Of a stretch of 64,000 nucleotides of DNA, positions 1 through 9,473 are shown in pieces. Both the position numbers and the translations under genes were made by a program. Origin of the DNA: a virus; IMG/VR virus record IMGVR_UViG_3300023179_000012; one strand, given 5' to 3'. Position 1 is the first letter of the stretch, and the number at the start of each line of letters is the position of its first letter. The notes beneath the pieces were generated by a model, which had not been told where the DNA came from, ran no database searches, and saw only the letters and a list, made by a program, of their open reading frames with translations.

Positions 1-123
1 TATAACTTATTAATAAGTTCTCCGGTCAACTCATTTTGATCGTAGTTTTCATAAAAAGTATAGTCTGTAAAATTATATTGGTTTAGTTGCTGGATTACAG
101 ATTGTTTTCTAGACTTTAAACGC

Positions 124-522
124 TTATAATGTAAAATTATAGTTTTTGGTAACATTATTAGTAAAAATTATTCCCTTATTTTTTTTCACCAGCATGGGAT
201 GGTCAAATTTTACTATATTACTAACTACCCATCCATATTTACACTTATCTGGATTCCAGCCATAAAATTTATCATCTTCTTTTACTCTGTGTCTATTATA
301 GTCAGAAAGCCACAGTCTTTTATCTGTATAAAGAAAACTATGACTAAAAGTAATTGTGCCAATAATACGAGATTTAAATTGACCATTTTTCCCAGGAGTT
401 TCAATCAATGCTAATTCCACCCCCTCATACTTTATGGGTAGTGGATAGGATCGTGTCTCAACACTTTTAGTGCCATCTATTAAAAGACGCGACCAAGGAA
501 TCTGAATGTTTAAACCAGTCAA
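124..522 (-). CDS. ASCH/PUA-like domain protein
   Basis: GLNIQIPWSRLLIDGTKSVETRS matches the ASCH signature (LSIxQPWAxLIxxGxKxxExR). Confidence 0.8.
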   Translation of the reverse strand: MTGLNIQIPWSRLLIDGTKSVETRSYPLPIKYEGVELALIETPGKNGQFKSRIIGTITFSHSFLYTDKRLWLSDYNRHRVKEDDKFYGWNPDKCKYGWVVSNIVKFDHPMLVKKNKGIIFTNNVTKNYNFTL

Positions 523-723
523 TTAATTGTCCTCTGGAGGTTCTGGAGCAACCATCCAATGAGTAACAAATTTAAGAGTTGGATACGGTTGTAATCCGGC
601 GGGATCATCTTCTAGATATGCTATCATATCCACATATTTGTTATCATTTATATTTCTACAGACGATGAATCTGCCTACTGGTGGTAGTGGATATTCTTTT
701 ATTGATTTCCATTCCTTATTCAT
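523..723 (-). CDS. DUF551-like small phage protein
   Basis: N-terminal W-x-S-I/V-K-E..LP and C-terminal VTHWMxxPEPP. Confidence 0.7.
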   Translation of the reverse strand: MNKEWKSIKEYPLPPVGRFIVCRNINDNKYVDMIAYLEDDPAGLQPYPTLKFVTHWMVAPEPPEDN

Positions 724-959
724 ATATTAAAGTCCAGCATTTCATTACCATCTTCATCCTCATATCCGTAGGTCATATTCTCAATAATTCCACGGATTCT
801 TTCGTTATAGGTTTCTTCATCAACGCTTTCCAACCAACCATCAAGAAGTTCATAGGCAATTTCTCTGTGCATAGCGTTCTTGAATTCTATAGGCCAATCT
901 TTTTCTTTAAAGATTTGACGAATTTGATACGCAGTATATTCATCAAAAATATTTGACAT
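720..959 (-). CDS. hypothetical protein
   Basis: ORF in tightly packed minus-strand operon (4-nt overlap). Confidence 0.6.
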   Translation of the reverse strand: MSNIFDEYTAYQIRQIFKEKDWPIEFKNAMHREIAYELLDGWLESVDEETYNERIRGIIENMTYGYEDEDGNEMLDFNI

Positions 960-962
960 AAT

Positions 963-1160
963 TTACTCCTTATATAATCCAACTGTCAGATCATCTTTGG
1001 TATAGTTTTCATTACGATTATATGCTGGAAAATTTCCATGAAAAAGAGGATCAATCATCTTAATAAAATTATCAGTATATTCAGCACCAATCCAAAAATC
1101 ATCAAAGACTTTAACTTTTTCCACACTATTATTACGAACCACAACAAAAACCCAATTCAT
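963..1160 (-). CDS. hypothetical protein
   Basis: Packed minus-strand ORF. Confidence 0.55.
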   Translation of the reverse strand: MNWVFVVVRNNSVEKVKVFDDFWIGAEYTDNFIKMIDPLFHGNFPAYNRNENYTKDDLTVGLYKE

Positions 1161-1161
1161 A

Positions 1162-1347
1162 TCAAGTCTCCAAAAATTTGTTGATGAAATCGGCCAAGCC
1201 CTTGAGTTCTTCTCTGGACATTTTGAATCTCATAACATCCCAAGAAATAGCATTACAAATCTCAAGATCAACAGAATCTTGATTCTTTTCAAGATCAAAT
1301 CTGAAAACATCAGCCTTGTAAAAGTCTGCTTTGATAAGATCGTTCAT
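1162..1347 (-). CDS. hypothetical protein, GLADFI-motif family copy 1
   Basis: C-terminal SREELKGLADFI shared with 2150-2362 and 2533-2736. Confidence 0.7.
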   Translation of the reverse strand: MNDLIKADFYKADVFRFDLEKNQDSVDLEICNAISWDVMRFKMSREELKGLADFINKFLET

Positions 1348-1465
1348 ATTGTAACCTCAATATGCCACTTATTACCATGAAGTTCAGCAACAACTCCCAT
1401 ATTCAATTTAACCAGTTCGGATACAATTTCCGCCAATCTTTGAGTTTCGTTAATATAAAGATAAA

Positions 1466-1651
1466 TCATTTGGCATCCTCATGGAAAGAGTTATCAAAAC
1501 TCTGAAAAAGACCATCAACTTCGTCCACAGTCCAAGGATAATTGGGACTATCGTTTTCGTAATGCTTCAAATGTTCGCTCAAACATTCAAGAGCATCCAA
1601 AATCATTGTCATATCATGTTTTTCAATGTAGTAGTTCACAAATTTCTCCAA
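1466..1651 (-). CDS. hypothetical protein
   Basis: Minus-strand ORF in operon. Confidence 0.55.
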   Translation of the reverse strand: MEKFVNYYIEKHDMTMILDALECLSEHLKHYENDSPNYPWTVDEVDGLFQSFDNSFHEDAK

Positions 1652-1919
1652 TGGGTAAGCCGTTAGTATACTACGTTATCGTCAGTTGTCAAGAGCAACT
1701 AAAAAGAAAGTGGCGACAACTTTTAATTCACGTCATATTTTCTCCAGAAGATATGTGCTTGACATTTTGGACAAACATAGTTCCATTTTTTAGGGCCACA
1801 AATATGGCAAACTGTACGATAAAGTTTAAACATTCAGCAAATTCTCCTTTTAGATAGTCACAATAAGATTCTAAGTCTACTACTTTCAAGTGTCGTTGTT
1901 TGTATTCTGATTTGGTCAT

Positions 1920-2153
1920 TTAGATAATATCCGCCTCCATAAAATCCATATCCAGATATAGTTCGTCCCAATCTGCCTGAGTAACATTTCCCACTACCAA
2001 ATAATTATCATCCTTAGAATAGTCTTGATTTCTATCATACTTAATATAAAAACCCTCAGACTCATCAGACTTCATCTGATTAAGATCAATAACCAGTTCG
2101 TTAGCCTCTTTATAGCCAGTAACATTACTAAAGCACTTAATAAGACTCATCAT
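1920..2153 (-). CDS. hypothetical protein
   Basis: Packed minus-strand ORF. Confidence 0.55.
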   Translation of the reverse strand: MMSLIKCFSNVTGYKEANELVIDLNQMKSDESEGFYIKYDRNQDYSKDDNYLVVGNVTQADWDELYLDMDFMEADII

Positions 2154-2362
2154 TTTTCTCCAATGGTTTTGTAAATAAAATCGGCCAAACCCCTTAGATT
2201 ATCTCTGGTGGTTTGAAAAGCCACACAACTATCGTTACGATCATTGTAGACGGAAACATAACAAGAACACCCACCTTGCATAAACATTTCTACACTAATA
2301 TCTTTATCAATAGTATACTGAGGATTATCAATGCTCATCATATAATCATCTTTCATACTCAT
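2150..2362 (-). CDS. hypothetical protein, GLADFI-motif family copy 2
   Basis: C-terminal TRDNLRGLADFI. Confidence 0.7.
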   Translation of the reverse strand: MSMKDDYMMSIDNPQYTIDKDISVEMFMQGGCSCYVSVYNDRNDSCVAFQTTRDNLRGLADFIYKTIGEK

Positions 2363-2555
2363 TTATTGTCCTTTCAATTAATATTAGTAGTTCGTCATAG
2401 TCCAATTTATCTGCTCTAGACTCGTAAGGAAACTCATGCCAATTATAAATTCTGATTAGATACGGATTTTTCTTTAGACTTTGATTATAATGAACTTCCA
2501 CAAGATAACCATTGTAGTCCATTTCGCCTAATTTAGTTGGTATCATTCTTGTCAA
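2346..2555 (-). CDS. hypothetical protein
   Basis: Packed minus-strand ORF. Confidence 0.55.
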   Translation of the reverse strand: MTRMIPTKLGEMDYNGYLVEVHYNQSLKKNPYLIRIYNWHEFPYESRADKLDYDELLILIERTINEYER

Positions 2556-2736
2556 TAACTTTATAAATAAAATCGGCTAAACCCCTAAGTTCCTCCCTAT
2601 TCAAAGGAGCATGAGCAAATTTGCTACTAAGAATCAAATCATAAGGATAGTCTTTGAGTTTATCACTTTTTCGCTCATAGTTCTTACTAACGTGCAAAAC
2701 AAAATGGTCGCCACGAAAAGTAGACAACTGTTTCAT
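2533..2736 (-). CDS. hypothetical protein, GLADFI-motif family copy 3
   Basis: C-terminal NREELRGLADFI. Confidence 0.7.
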   Translation of the reverse strand: MKQLSTFRGDHFVLHVSKNYERKSDKLKDYPYDLILSSKFAHAPLNREELRGLADFIYKVIDKNDTN

Positions 2737-3050
2737 TTCTTAACCTTTTTCTGTGATAGTCTTGTTTCGCTTTTTCTTGACTGAGGTGCTTTAGGAATGA
2801 TATTATCAATATTCCTATTAAAATCCCTAGTTCTTTTAACCAGTTCTTTTCCAACATTCAATTTCTTTTTAGGCTTAGGTTTTTCGTACTTAACACAAAA
2901 AACATCCATTTCTTCAATATAAGCATTACGCCAGTAGTTATCATAAGATTCTAAATACGATTCTGCTACTTCTCTCGAAATGCAAATCATTTCTAGTTCT
3001 TCCCTAATACTACCAGCACCATGTTCAGAAAATATAGCATAAACTTTCAT
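2733..3050 (-). CDS. hypothetical protein
   Basis: 4-nt overlaps with both neighbours. Confidence 0.6.
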   Translation of the reverse strand: MKVYAIFSEHGAGSIREELEMICISREVAESYLESYDNYWRNAYIEEMDVFCVKYEKPKPKKKLNVGKELVKRTRDFNRNIDNIIPKAPQSRKSETRLSQKKVKK

Positions 3051-3559
3051 TTGTTTTTTCGCTTTTCTTTAATCTCGTATTCTTCTTGGCTTAAATATCT
3101 TTGAGTTTTTATATCAAATGAAGAAAACTGTCCCATTCCCAAACATTCACCACAACTTGTTTTTTCCATTTTCGGCCCAGCAGCACCATATTCTTGAAGA
3201 AAAATTTGGTATTGATTTTCGGCTTTGTCGCAATAAGAATAAGCATCACCGTGTTCTAGTTTAACACACTCTTTGCATTTGTCAACCATTAAGTGTTTAT
3301 TCAAATAAAGTTGAACTTTAGCCATAAACATTGTTCGATTAACATCTTCAACTCTTTCGCCGGTTCCTTTACAGTATATGCAAGTTAATAGATGATCTTG
3401 ATATTTTTGATTATAGTATGCTTCTAGCCTCTTTTGTTTTAGATAATCGTACAGATTGTATTTGTCCCAATATGCAGGGAATAAAATTATAGCAATAATC
3501 AGAGCGATTGTAGAAATAAACGCTAAGTATTCTGTAAAAGTCCAGTTCATATTTTTCAT
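3047..3559 (-). CDS. membrane-anchored protein with DnaJ-type CxxCxGxG zinc-finger motifs
   Basis: N-terminal hydrophobic helix; CIYCKGTG and CGECLGMG plus central CKEC. Confidence 0.65.
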   Translation of the reverse strand: MKNMNWTFTEYLAFISTIALIIAIILFPAYWDKYNLYDYLKQKRLEAYYNQKYQDHLLTCIYCKGTGERVEDVNRTMFMAKVQLYLNKHLMVDKCKECVKLEHGDAYSYCDKAENQYQIFLQEYGAAGPKMEKTSCGECLGMGQFSSFDIKTQRYLSQEEYEIKEKRKNK

Positions 3560-3719
3560 TCTGGTTTCTCCACCAATTTAACAACACTTCCATCCTTAAA
3601 TTTAATTTCAATCCAAGTTTTCCAAGGACTATTAAATCCAGTATAATGTATAGTATACACTCCCACTATAGGACAGGTTTTCTTGCCCAATCGCCCCATT
3701 AGATAATTAATTAGTTGAT

Positions 3720-3962
3720 TCATTCCTGTTCCTTGTTTTGTTTCTTATGATATTCTATACCAGATTCAAATCCAGCCGCAAAATAATTAAAAGAATTTGG
3801 TACACTCTTATACCATCCTTCCCCAAGCCATATTGGTTGTATATTTTTTTGACACTGTTCGTATTGACTAGTTAAGAATTCTATAAACTCTTGTTTAATC
3901 ATACTTTCAAGAATATCTTTAGTGATAATAGTATCTTCTATCTGTTGTTTAGAGAATTTCAT
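3720..3962 (-). CDS. hypothetical protein
   Basis: Minus-strand ORF. Confidence 0.55.
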   Translation of the reverse strand: MKFSKQQIEDTIITKDILESMIKQEFIEFLTSQYEQCQKNIQPIWLGEGWYKSVPNSFNYFAAGFESGIEYHKKQNKEQE

Positions 3963-4137
3963 TTTGTATCAAGGCCCATATTTACCATCGCTAAATCCCT
4001 CCTTATACCCATCATCATATGCTGTTTCTATAACTATTCTGAGTAATGCCAACAATTCTTTAGGAATAGTTAGATTTTTGTTTCTTACAAATATTTGATT
4101 AATATTGTGTTTTTCGATCCAATTCTCAAATTCTTTA

Positions 4138-4368
4138 TTATTCATTTTTGGACAATTTCTTATAAGTTAATGGAGTAGGATGTTGTTTTCGTTCTGTGGC
4201 CGCAACTAATTCTCCGTCCTCGTTCATTACTGGTTTAGTTTTACCATTTTCTATAATTAGATGAAATGCCTCGCCAGTTTCAGTATCCGCCCAAACTACC
4301 CAATTTAATGGATTACCATGAGCATCAAAAACAGAATATGAACAATGTTCGGGAACTTTAAGTATCAT
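4138..4368 (-). CDS. hypothetical protein
   Basis: 4-nt overlap with upstream gene. Confidence 0.55.
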   Translation of the reverse strand: MILKVPEHCSYSVFDAHGNPLNWVVWADTETGEAFHLIIENGKTKPVMNEDGELVAATERKQHPTPLTYKKLSKNE

Positions 4369-5186
4369 TTTTTCTCTGGTTGATTCACAGAAGTAATGAA
4401 ATTCTCAAGATTTTGAATATAATCTACTAATTCTGGAATAGTATTTAAATATCCATGTCTAATAACAGCACTATACATATTAATATTTTTTGCCCCTTCA
4501 ATATCCCCAAATGTTGGATTAGCAGTAACCATCAATGTTTCTGTTGGCTTAAAATTTGTGTCTTTTTCTATGGTCTTATAAGCATCAAAATGAGGTTTGT
4601 ACACTTTGTGTTTATTTAAGTTAATAATATAGTTCCAATAAATATTGTTAGATTCTGATATGGTTTTAATTAAATCATAAGAACCATTGCTTAATGCTAC
4701 ACAATAATATCCATTATCTTGCAAGAGTTTTATTCCTGCTGCACTATCTTCGTGGGCCGTTAAAGCATACCAACTATTAGGGAAAGAGTATGGAGAAAAA
4801 TCTTTTTTATTTACATGATCTACATAGTCTTGTATTTCTGTTCTGGATATATTGCTCATATCGAAAACAGTACCAAAACAATCAAAAGCAATACATTGAA
4901 TCATTTCTTTCACCCCCCAACTATCTAAAGTAATTGGTTGACCATTTTCATCAAGACCAAGTATGGGCCTAGCATAATTCCATGCCTTATAGTCTAAATG
5001 ATGCTTCCATCTATTGTCTGGTAAATTATTTTCATCCATCCATTGTTTATATGCTGTATGAGCGGCATGACTGGACTTGAATCGTTCAATTAGAGTAAAT
5101 TCAAAAGTATCAGTACGACGAATAATATCAGCCCCATAAACCAGTTCGTTCCCTTGTGGTTGGCCGTATTTCTCAGAGTATTTCAT
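4365..5186 (-). CDS. HAD-superfamily hydrolase (haloacid dehalogenase type II-like) with N-terminal extension
   Basis: Motif I IAFDCFGTVFD, motif II ALSNG, motif III YKP, motif IV variant GDIEGA. Confidence 0.8.
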   Translation of the reverse strand: MKYSEKYGQPQGNELVYGADIIRRTDTFEFTLIERFKSSHAAHTAYKQWMDENNLPDNRWKHHLDYKAWNYARPILGLDENGQPITLDSWGVKEMIQCIAFDCFGTVFDMSNISRTEIQDYVDHVNKKDFSPYSFPNSWYALTAHEDSAAGIKLLQDNGYYCVALSNGSYDLIKTISESNNIYWNYIINLNKHKVYKPHFDAYKTIEKDTNFKPTETLMVTANPTFGDIEGAKNINMYSAVIRHGYLNTIPELVDYIQNLENFITSVNQPEKK

Positions 5187-5555
5187 TTAACAATAATCCT
5201 TACATTTTAAATGAATATTGTGATTATAATCATAATTGTGTTTTTTGCTAATTGTTTCAACGATATCAATAGATTTATAGTAGTTTGAATCAAGAAGTTT
5301 AGAAGATATGAGATTCAAAAGTAATTTTGGTCTTAGAGACTCGCAAATGATTTCATAAGCATAATCTTCTTTGTTAATAGTTCCAAATCCATAAACACAA
5401 AAATATTTATCTGAACTTGGTAGTTCATCAGTAAATACTTGTAAATCTCGTATAGATGATAAATGTGTAGTGGATGATTCAAAAGATTGAATTCTTTTAT
5501 TAAAACCATCAATAAATGCGTTAGCCGCACTTTCATAATCTCTATAAATGGTCAT
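5187..5555 (-). CDS. hypothetical protein
   Basis: Packed minus-strand ORF. Confidence 0.55.
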   Translation of the reverse strand: MTIYRDYESAANAFIDGFNKRIQSFESSTTHLSSIRDLQVFTDELPSSDKYFCVYGFGTINKEDYAYEIICESLRPKLLLNLISSKLLDSNYYKSIDIVETISKKHNYDYNHNIHLKCKDYC

Positions 5556-5767
5556 TGGTTTCTTTCCACTAATTTTTCAATTCCACCAACAGGCCCATTA
5601 ACTATCTCCATCATTACTTTATTACATTCTAAAATATCTTGATAAATAGTTACCATTTCTTCATAGTTTTCAAATCTAGAAGATAAGCGAAGTTTGCCCA
5701 ATTTTTTTAGACTGTCTAACTGTTCATTTAGTACGGTTTTAATATCGTCAATATCTTCTTTGTTCAT
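5552..5767 (-). CDS. hypothetical protein (paralogue of 8651-8896)
   Basis: NKxDIDDIK..EQLDSL..LGK..DILECNKVMMEI shared. Confidence 0.75.
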   Translation of the reverse strand: MNKEDIDDIKTVLNEQLDSLKKLGKLRLSSRFENYEEMVTIYQDILECNKVMMEIVNGPVGGIEKLVERNQ

Positions 5768-5897
5768 TTATTTTCCTCCAACCATTCATAGAAAACCTTA
5801 TTAGCCTCAAGATAACTATCGAAGTAAGCCACTTTCTTAAACTTAAAAGGCCCAATCATTCTTAAAATTAGTCGCCCGGGCATATAATTCTTGTTGT

Positions 5898-6194
5898 TTA
5901 CTCATCTTTTAAGAAGCCTTCGTTTATTTTAACTCTGATACCATCAGTATGAAATATACTAAAATCCGTTTGATATAATGGAAGATTAACTCCAATAACT
6001 TTATTGGTTTTTCCGCATCTAACCAAACTAATATCAGCACCTTCTCCCGGTATCCATTCACCATAAGTAGCAGCAGTAGTATCTAACAATAGTTCTATTC
6101 TATCATTTTCTTTGTCTATCCATAAAGATGCACAAGGCTTATATCTTGTTGCTTCTTTTATCCAAGAGTCCCAATCAAAATTATCCATTATCAT
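5898..6194 (-). CDS. hypothetical protein
   Basis: Minus-strand ORF. Confidence 0.55.
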   Translation of the reverse strand: MIMDNFDWDSWIKEATRYKPCASLWIDKENDRIELLLDTTAATYGEWIPGEGADISLVRCGKTNKVIGVNLPLYQTDFSIFHTDGIRVKINEGFLKDE

Positions 6195-6375
6195 AAACCT
6201 TTTCTTTACTTACTAAAATCTCGTCGTTTTTATATTTTTGATTAAATTGTTCATCATCCCAACAAAATTCTTTTTGACAAACTTTCATCAAAAAACTCTT
6301 ATTGGGTTTATGATTGGTATATAAAGTATCACCAGTGCTAGTATCAACAACCACATAAATAAATTTGTTTTTCAT
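6181..6375 (-). CDS. hypothetical protein
   Basis: Minus-strand ORF. Confidence 0.55.
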   Translation of the reverse strand: MKNKFIYVVVDTSTGDTLYTNHKPNKSFLMKVCQKEFCWDDEQFNQKYKNDEILVSKEKVYDNG

Positions 6376-6486
6376 AGACTTCCTTTTTGTATTGAAAATG
6401 CCCCAATTATCTGACGTTGAAACCCTAAAATACGGGAAACAGAGGTCAAGGACATTACCTCCCGGCGATCAACCCGGTGGTGACTG

Positions 6487-6726
6487 TTAGTTCAGTTCTT
6501 CTCCAGTATTATACTCAATTACCGGCTTTTTACAAGCCTCTATCATTCTTTCTAGGTTCCACTGCAACCCCTCTAAATCATCAGATATTGGATGAGCCAA
6601 ACTTTCAGAAATATTAACAATATCCCCGTTTTCATCACAATAAATCTCATGAATACCGTAACTAATATCAGTATCTCCAAGAGGAATTTTAGTTACCGTT
6701 TTTACTACTCTATAAGACCAAGACAT
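6487..6726 (-). CDS. conserved phage hypothetical protein
   Basis: MSWSYRVV...YGIHEIY pattern typical of small phage proteins. Confidence 0.6.
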   Translation of the reverse strand: MSWSYRVVKTVTKIPLGDTDISYGIHEIYCDENGDIVNISESLAHPISDDLEGLQWNLERMIEACKKPVIEYNTGEELN

Positions 6727-6941
6727 TACTCTATCTCCAAAATATTTATATACAATTCGGTAGTTAATATATCAACATCCTCAATCTCGTCTTCTGAAAA
6801 CATATCGTACAGATTTGCTCTAGAAAACTCACTAATATCACCAATATGAGTTGGCGATTCAATATCATTAGTATTTTTCCAAAACTTTAATTGTTGTTCA
6901 AGAAATTCTATAACTTTAAGTTGTTTGTTTGAGGGTTTCAT
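6726..6941 (-). CDS. hypothetical protein
   Basis: Packed minus-strand ORF. Confidence 0.55.
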   Translation of the reverse strand: MKPSNKQLKVIEFLEQQLKFWKNTNDIESPTHIGDISEFSRANLYDMFSEDEIEDVDILTTELYINILEIE

Positions 6942-7170
6942 TTTTAGAATCTTTTGATTGTTGTGAACTAAAAACTAGATACAGATTTGCCAGATCATCA
7001 AGAGAATAACCTTTATTATGACGTATTCCCCAGTTTGTCTTATCTTTCATATTTTTGTGCATAAGAGATAACGAATCTAGAATCATTTCATAAAAATACT
7101 TCTTTAGATTTTCTTGATCCACACTTATCGCTCTGAGTGCGGACTGAATCTTATCATGGTTTATACTCAT
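6916..7170 (-). CDS. hypothetical protein
   Basis: Packed minus-strand ORF. Confidence 0.5.
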   Translation of the reverse strand: MSINHDKIQSALRAISVDQENLKKYFYEMILDSLSLMHKNMKDKTNWGIRHNKGYSLDDLANLYLVFSSQQSKDSKNETLKQTT

Positions 7171-7381
7171 ATTATGTCTTTCTTTTGGGTAACTTTTTAG
7201 ATTCTACAGTAGGTTTGTTTTGTTCATTTATTTCTGGTAATTCCAAAGTATCAACCTCTGCTGATCTTATAGCATCAAGCATCTTATTCAAATGCTGTAG
7301 TCTCTCGACCAACTCCTGACCAACATTAGTTTGTTTATCGGTACTCATGGTAGTTGTAGTTTAACAGAAATTTTTCTTTTG

Positions 7382-7567
7382 TCAATCCGGTATTCCGCTC
7401 TCTAGTCTATATAACATAGCCTCTATTTGATCGTAGTTTTGCTCTATAATCATTTGTCGTGGAGTTTTATTGTAAAATGCCGGATTAGGAGAGTCCAACC
7501 AAGCATCAATAAATTCTTCTTGTACTATTCTTTTTAGTCTTTCTTTAAGTTTTTCTGTAGTTATCAT
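7382..7567 (-). CDS. Xre/MbcA/ParS-type antitoxin C-terminal (toxin-binding) domain protein
   Basis: AWLDSPNPAFYNKTPRQMI...IEAMLYRLESGI fits the WLxxPNxxLxxxxPxxLL...LxxIExG pattern. Confidence 0.75.
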   Translation of the reverse strand: MITTEKLKERLKRIVQEEFIDAWLDSPNPAFYNKTPRQMIIEQNYDQIEAMLYRLESGIPD

Positions 7568-7893
7568 TGTAATCCTAATTCTTGATCTAAATCACTCAAT
7601 CGTTGTAATGCCGCTAATCTTTTCTTTTGGCTTCTATAAATATCTACTGACCTATTATGTAAATCAACAATGTATTCTGCTGTTTCTTTATCTATGCTAC
7701 CATCTGGAATAATATATTCAAACTCATCAACTCTTTCAGTTTCACCCACCTTATTTTTATAGAGTATCTTTTCTGTCGGCAGTATAATTCTGCACCAACA
7801 TTCTTCTCCAACATTACAGGTGGTTAATTTCCAGGGTACAGTTAAACTATAACTTTGGGCTTCATCGTAACTGTCAAATATTTTTTCGCTCAT
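7564..7893 (-). CDS. hypothetical protein
   Basis: Packed minus-strand ORF. Confidence 0.55.
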   Translation of the reverse strand: MSEKIFDSYDEAQSYSLTVPWKLTTCNVGEECWCRIILPTEKILYKNKVGETERVDEFEYIIPDGSIDKETAEYIVDLHNRSVDIYRSQKKRLAALQRLSDLDQELGLQ

Positions 7894-8105
7894 TTTGATA
7901 CCACAACAGTAACACCATCAAAAACAAACTTATCTAATGTATCAGTAATATACATCGGATGTTGAGTTGGTTTATTAATTACATGAAAGTGCATAATTAG
8001 TTCATTATCTAGTGATAGATTTTGCGACTCTTGAAGATATTTGGCAATAGCGACTTTTACATCTTCTACGGTCAAATCTATTTCGGTTTTGTTTTGTATT
8101 TTCAT
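7890..8105 (-). CDS. hypothetical protein
   Basis: Start set at MKIQNK to give a 4-nt overlap with the upstream gene. Confidence 0.5.
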   Translation of the reverse strand: MKIQNKTEIDLTVEDVKVAIAKYLQESQNLSLDNELIMHFHVINKPTQHPMYITDTLDKFVFDGVTVVVSK

Positions 8106-8485
8106 ATTGGTTGTGTTCCATATAATTTTTCTGCAAACCATCTTGCACGATCTTTATCAGACGTTAGATTCAAATCCACGCTCTTTCGCTCATTGTAATC
8201 TAGTTTCCAGTATTTGTCAATAGCAAACTTTTCCCAAGTGGACAAATCATAATCAGTCATAGAATTTCTATAACTTGATGGCTTGTTTTCATCATACATA
8301 TGCTTAAAAACATCTCGTACAATAACAACTTTAGTATTACTATTAAGACTATCCCAGTTGTCACTAATCCAATCTTGAACTGCTCCCGGCACATAAGTAT
8401 GCCTACCTAAAGCGTACCTTAATGCTGCTGTAACCATAATACTTCCATTAGTATCACAATTGAATTTATTTTTTTTCGTTTTCAT
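8102..8485 (-). CDS. conserved phage hypothetical protein
   Basis: AALRYALGRHTYVP motif typical of a widespread small phage family. Confidence 0.6.
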   Translation of the reverse strand: MKTKKNKFNCDTNGSIMVTAALRYALGRHTYVPGAVQDWISDNWDSLNSNTKVVIVRDVFKHMYDENKPSSYRNSMTDYDLSTWEKFAIDKYWKLDYNERKSVDLNLTSDKDRARWFAEKLYGTQPI

Positions 8486-8654
8486 CAGCATAATCCTTAT
8501 ATAACTTATAATTCATTCCAGATACAAATCCACACTGAAAATAATAAAAGTCATTATCATTTCCTTCGTGGTCGCCATCCAACCACAATTCTCTTGCTAG
8601 TTTTTTAGCACTCTCATATCTTTCTCTGATAATATCTAGTTCATCTGAACTCAT
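8466..8654 (-). CDS. hypothetical protein
   Basis: Packed minus-strand ORF. Confidence 0.5.
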   Translation of the reverse strand: MSSDELDIIRERYESAKKLARELWLDGDHEGNDNDFYYFQCGFVSGMNYKLYKDYADENEKK

Positions 8655-8896
8655 ATCATTCTTTCTACTGTTCCTCTTGGGCCTTCAATAATCTCCATCA
8701 TTACCTTATTACATTCCAGAATATCTTCATAAATAGTTCGCAATTGTTCGTAGCCTTCTAACTTAGGAGGTAATCGAAATTTACCCAACCTATTTAGGCT
8801 GTCCAACTGTTCTTTGAGAATAAATTTAATATCGTCAATATCTTGTTTATTCAGAGTTGTGGGTTCTTTTCCCATATTGGTATCTATTCTAGCCAT
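8651..8896 (-). CDS. hypothetical protein (paralogue of 5552-5767)
   Basis: Alignable over about 65 residues. Confidence 0.75.
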   Translation of the reverse strand: MARIDTNMGKEPTTLNKQDIDDIKFILKEQLDSLNRLGKFRLPPKLEGYEQLRTIYEDILECNKVMMEIIEGPRGTVERMI

Positions 8897-9281
8897 TTGT
8901 TGCCCATTACTTCCCTATTTACCATAATTAAAGAATTGATTATTAGTTTTTAGGGGGTCGATTTGTCGCAAACGATTCAAAATAACGGTCAAATTTCTTG
9001 CTTCTGGAATGATTTTTTCATGTAGAGTATCACCAACAACCCTTTTCAAGAGGGCGATTTCTTTATCGGTCAACAATACATTTCTATACATAATTCACTA
9101 TACCTATTAAGAAAAATACCCGTACTACCAGTAACCAGTATACCAGAGTAACCACTGGTTGTCAACTGGGTTTATCGGCCATTTCCATTAGTGGCCTTTA
9201 ATCGTTTTTTCACCACCGGCATATTCAATAAGTAAAAATATGGCGATTTTTCTACCAAACAAGAATTATAAGGTAAAAAAC

Positions 9282-9473
9282 CTACTGATTCGGTAGAGGC
9301 TGGGATTCTTGAGAGGTATAAACGGGGGTATTAAGGTTCTTGTGACCAAGACTCATATAGTATTCTACCACAAATTTACTAGTAAACATAGTAATTATTG
9401 TGAAAACTCCCACAATTATCATGCCTTTTATGAAAGGTTCGTGAAATTCATTGTTCATCATCAGTTTCTCCAT
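9282..9473 (-). CDS. small membrane protein
   Basis: One hydrophobic segment. Confidence 0.45.
   Translation of the reverse strand: MEKLMMNNEFHEPFIKGMIIVGVFTIITMFTSKFVVEYYMSLGHKNLNTPVYTSQESQPLPNQ

Noticed and set aside
6411-6445. Hammerhead ribozyme (CTGA...GAAAC)
   Set aside because: Core reads CTGACGT, not CTGANGA, and stems I and III do not close
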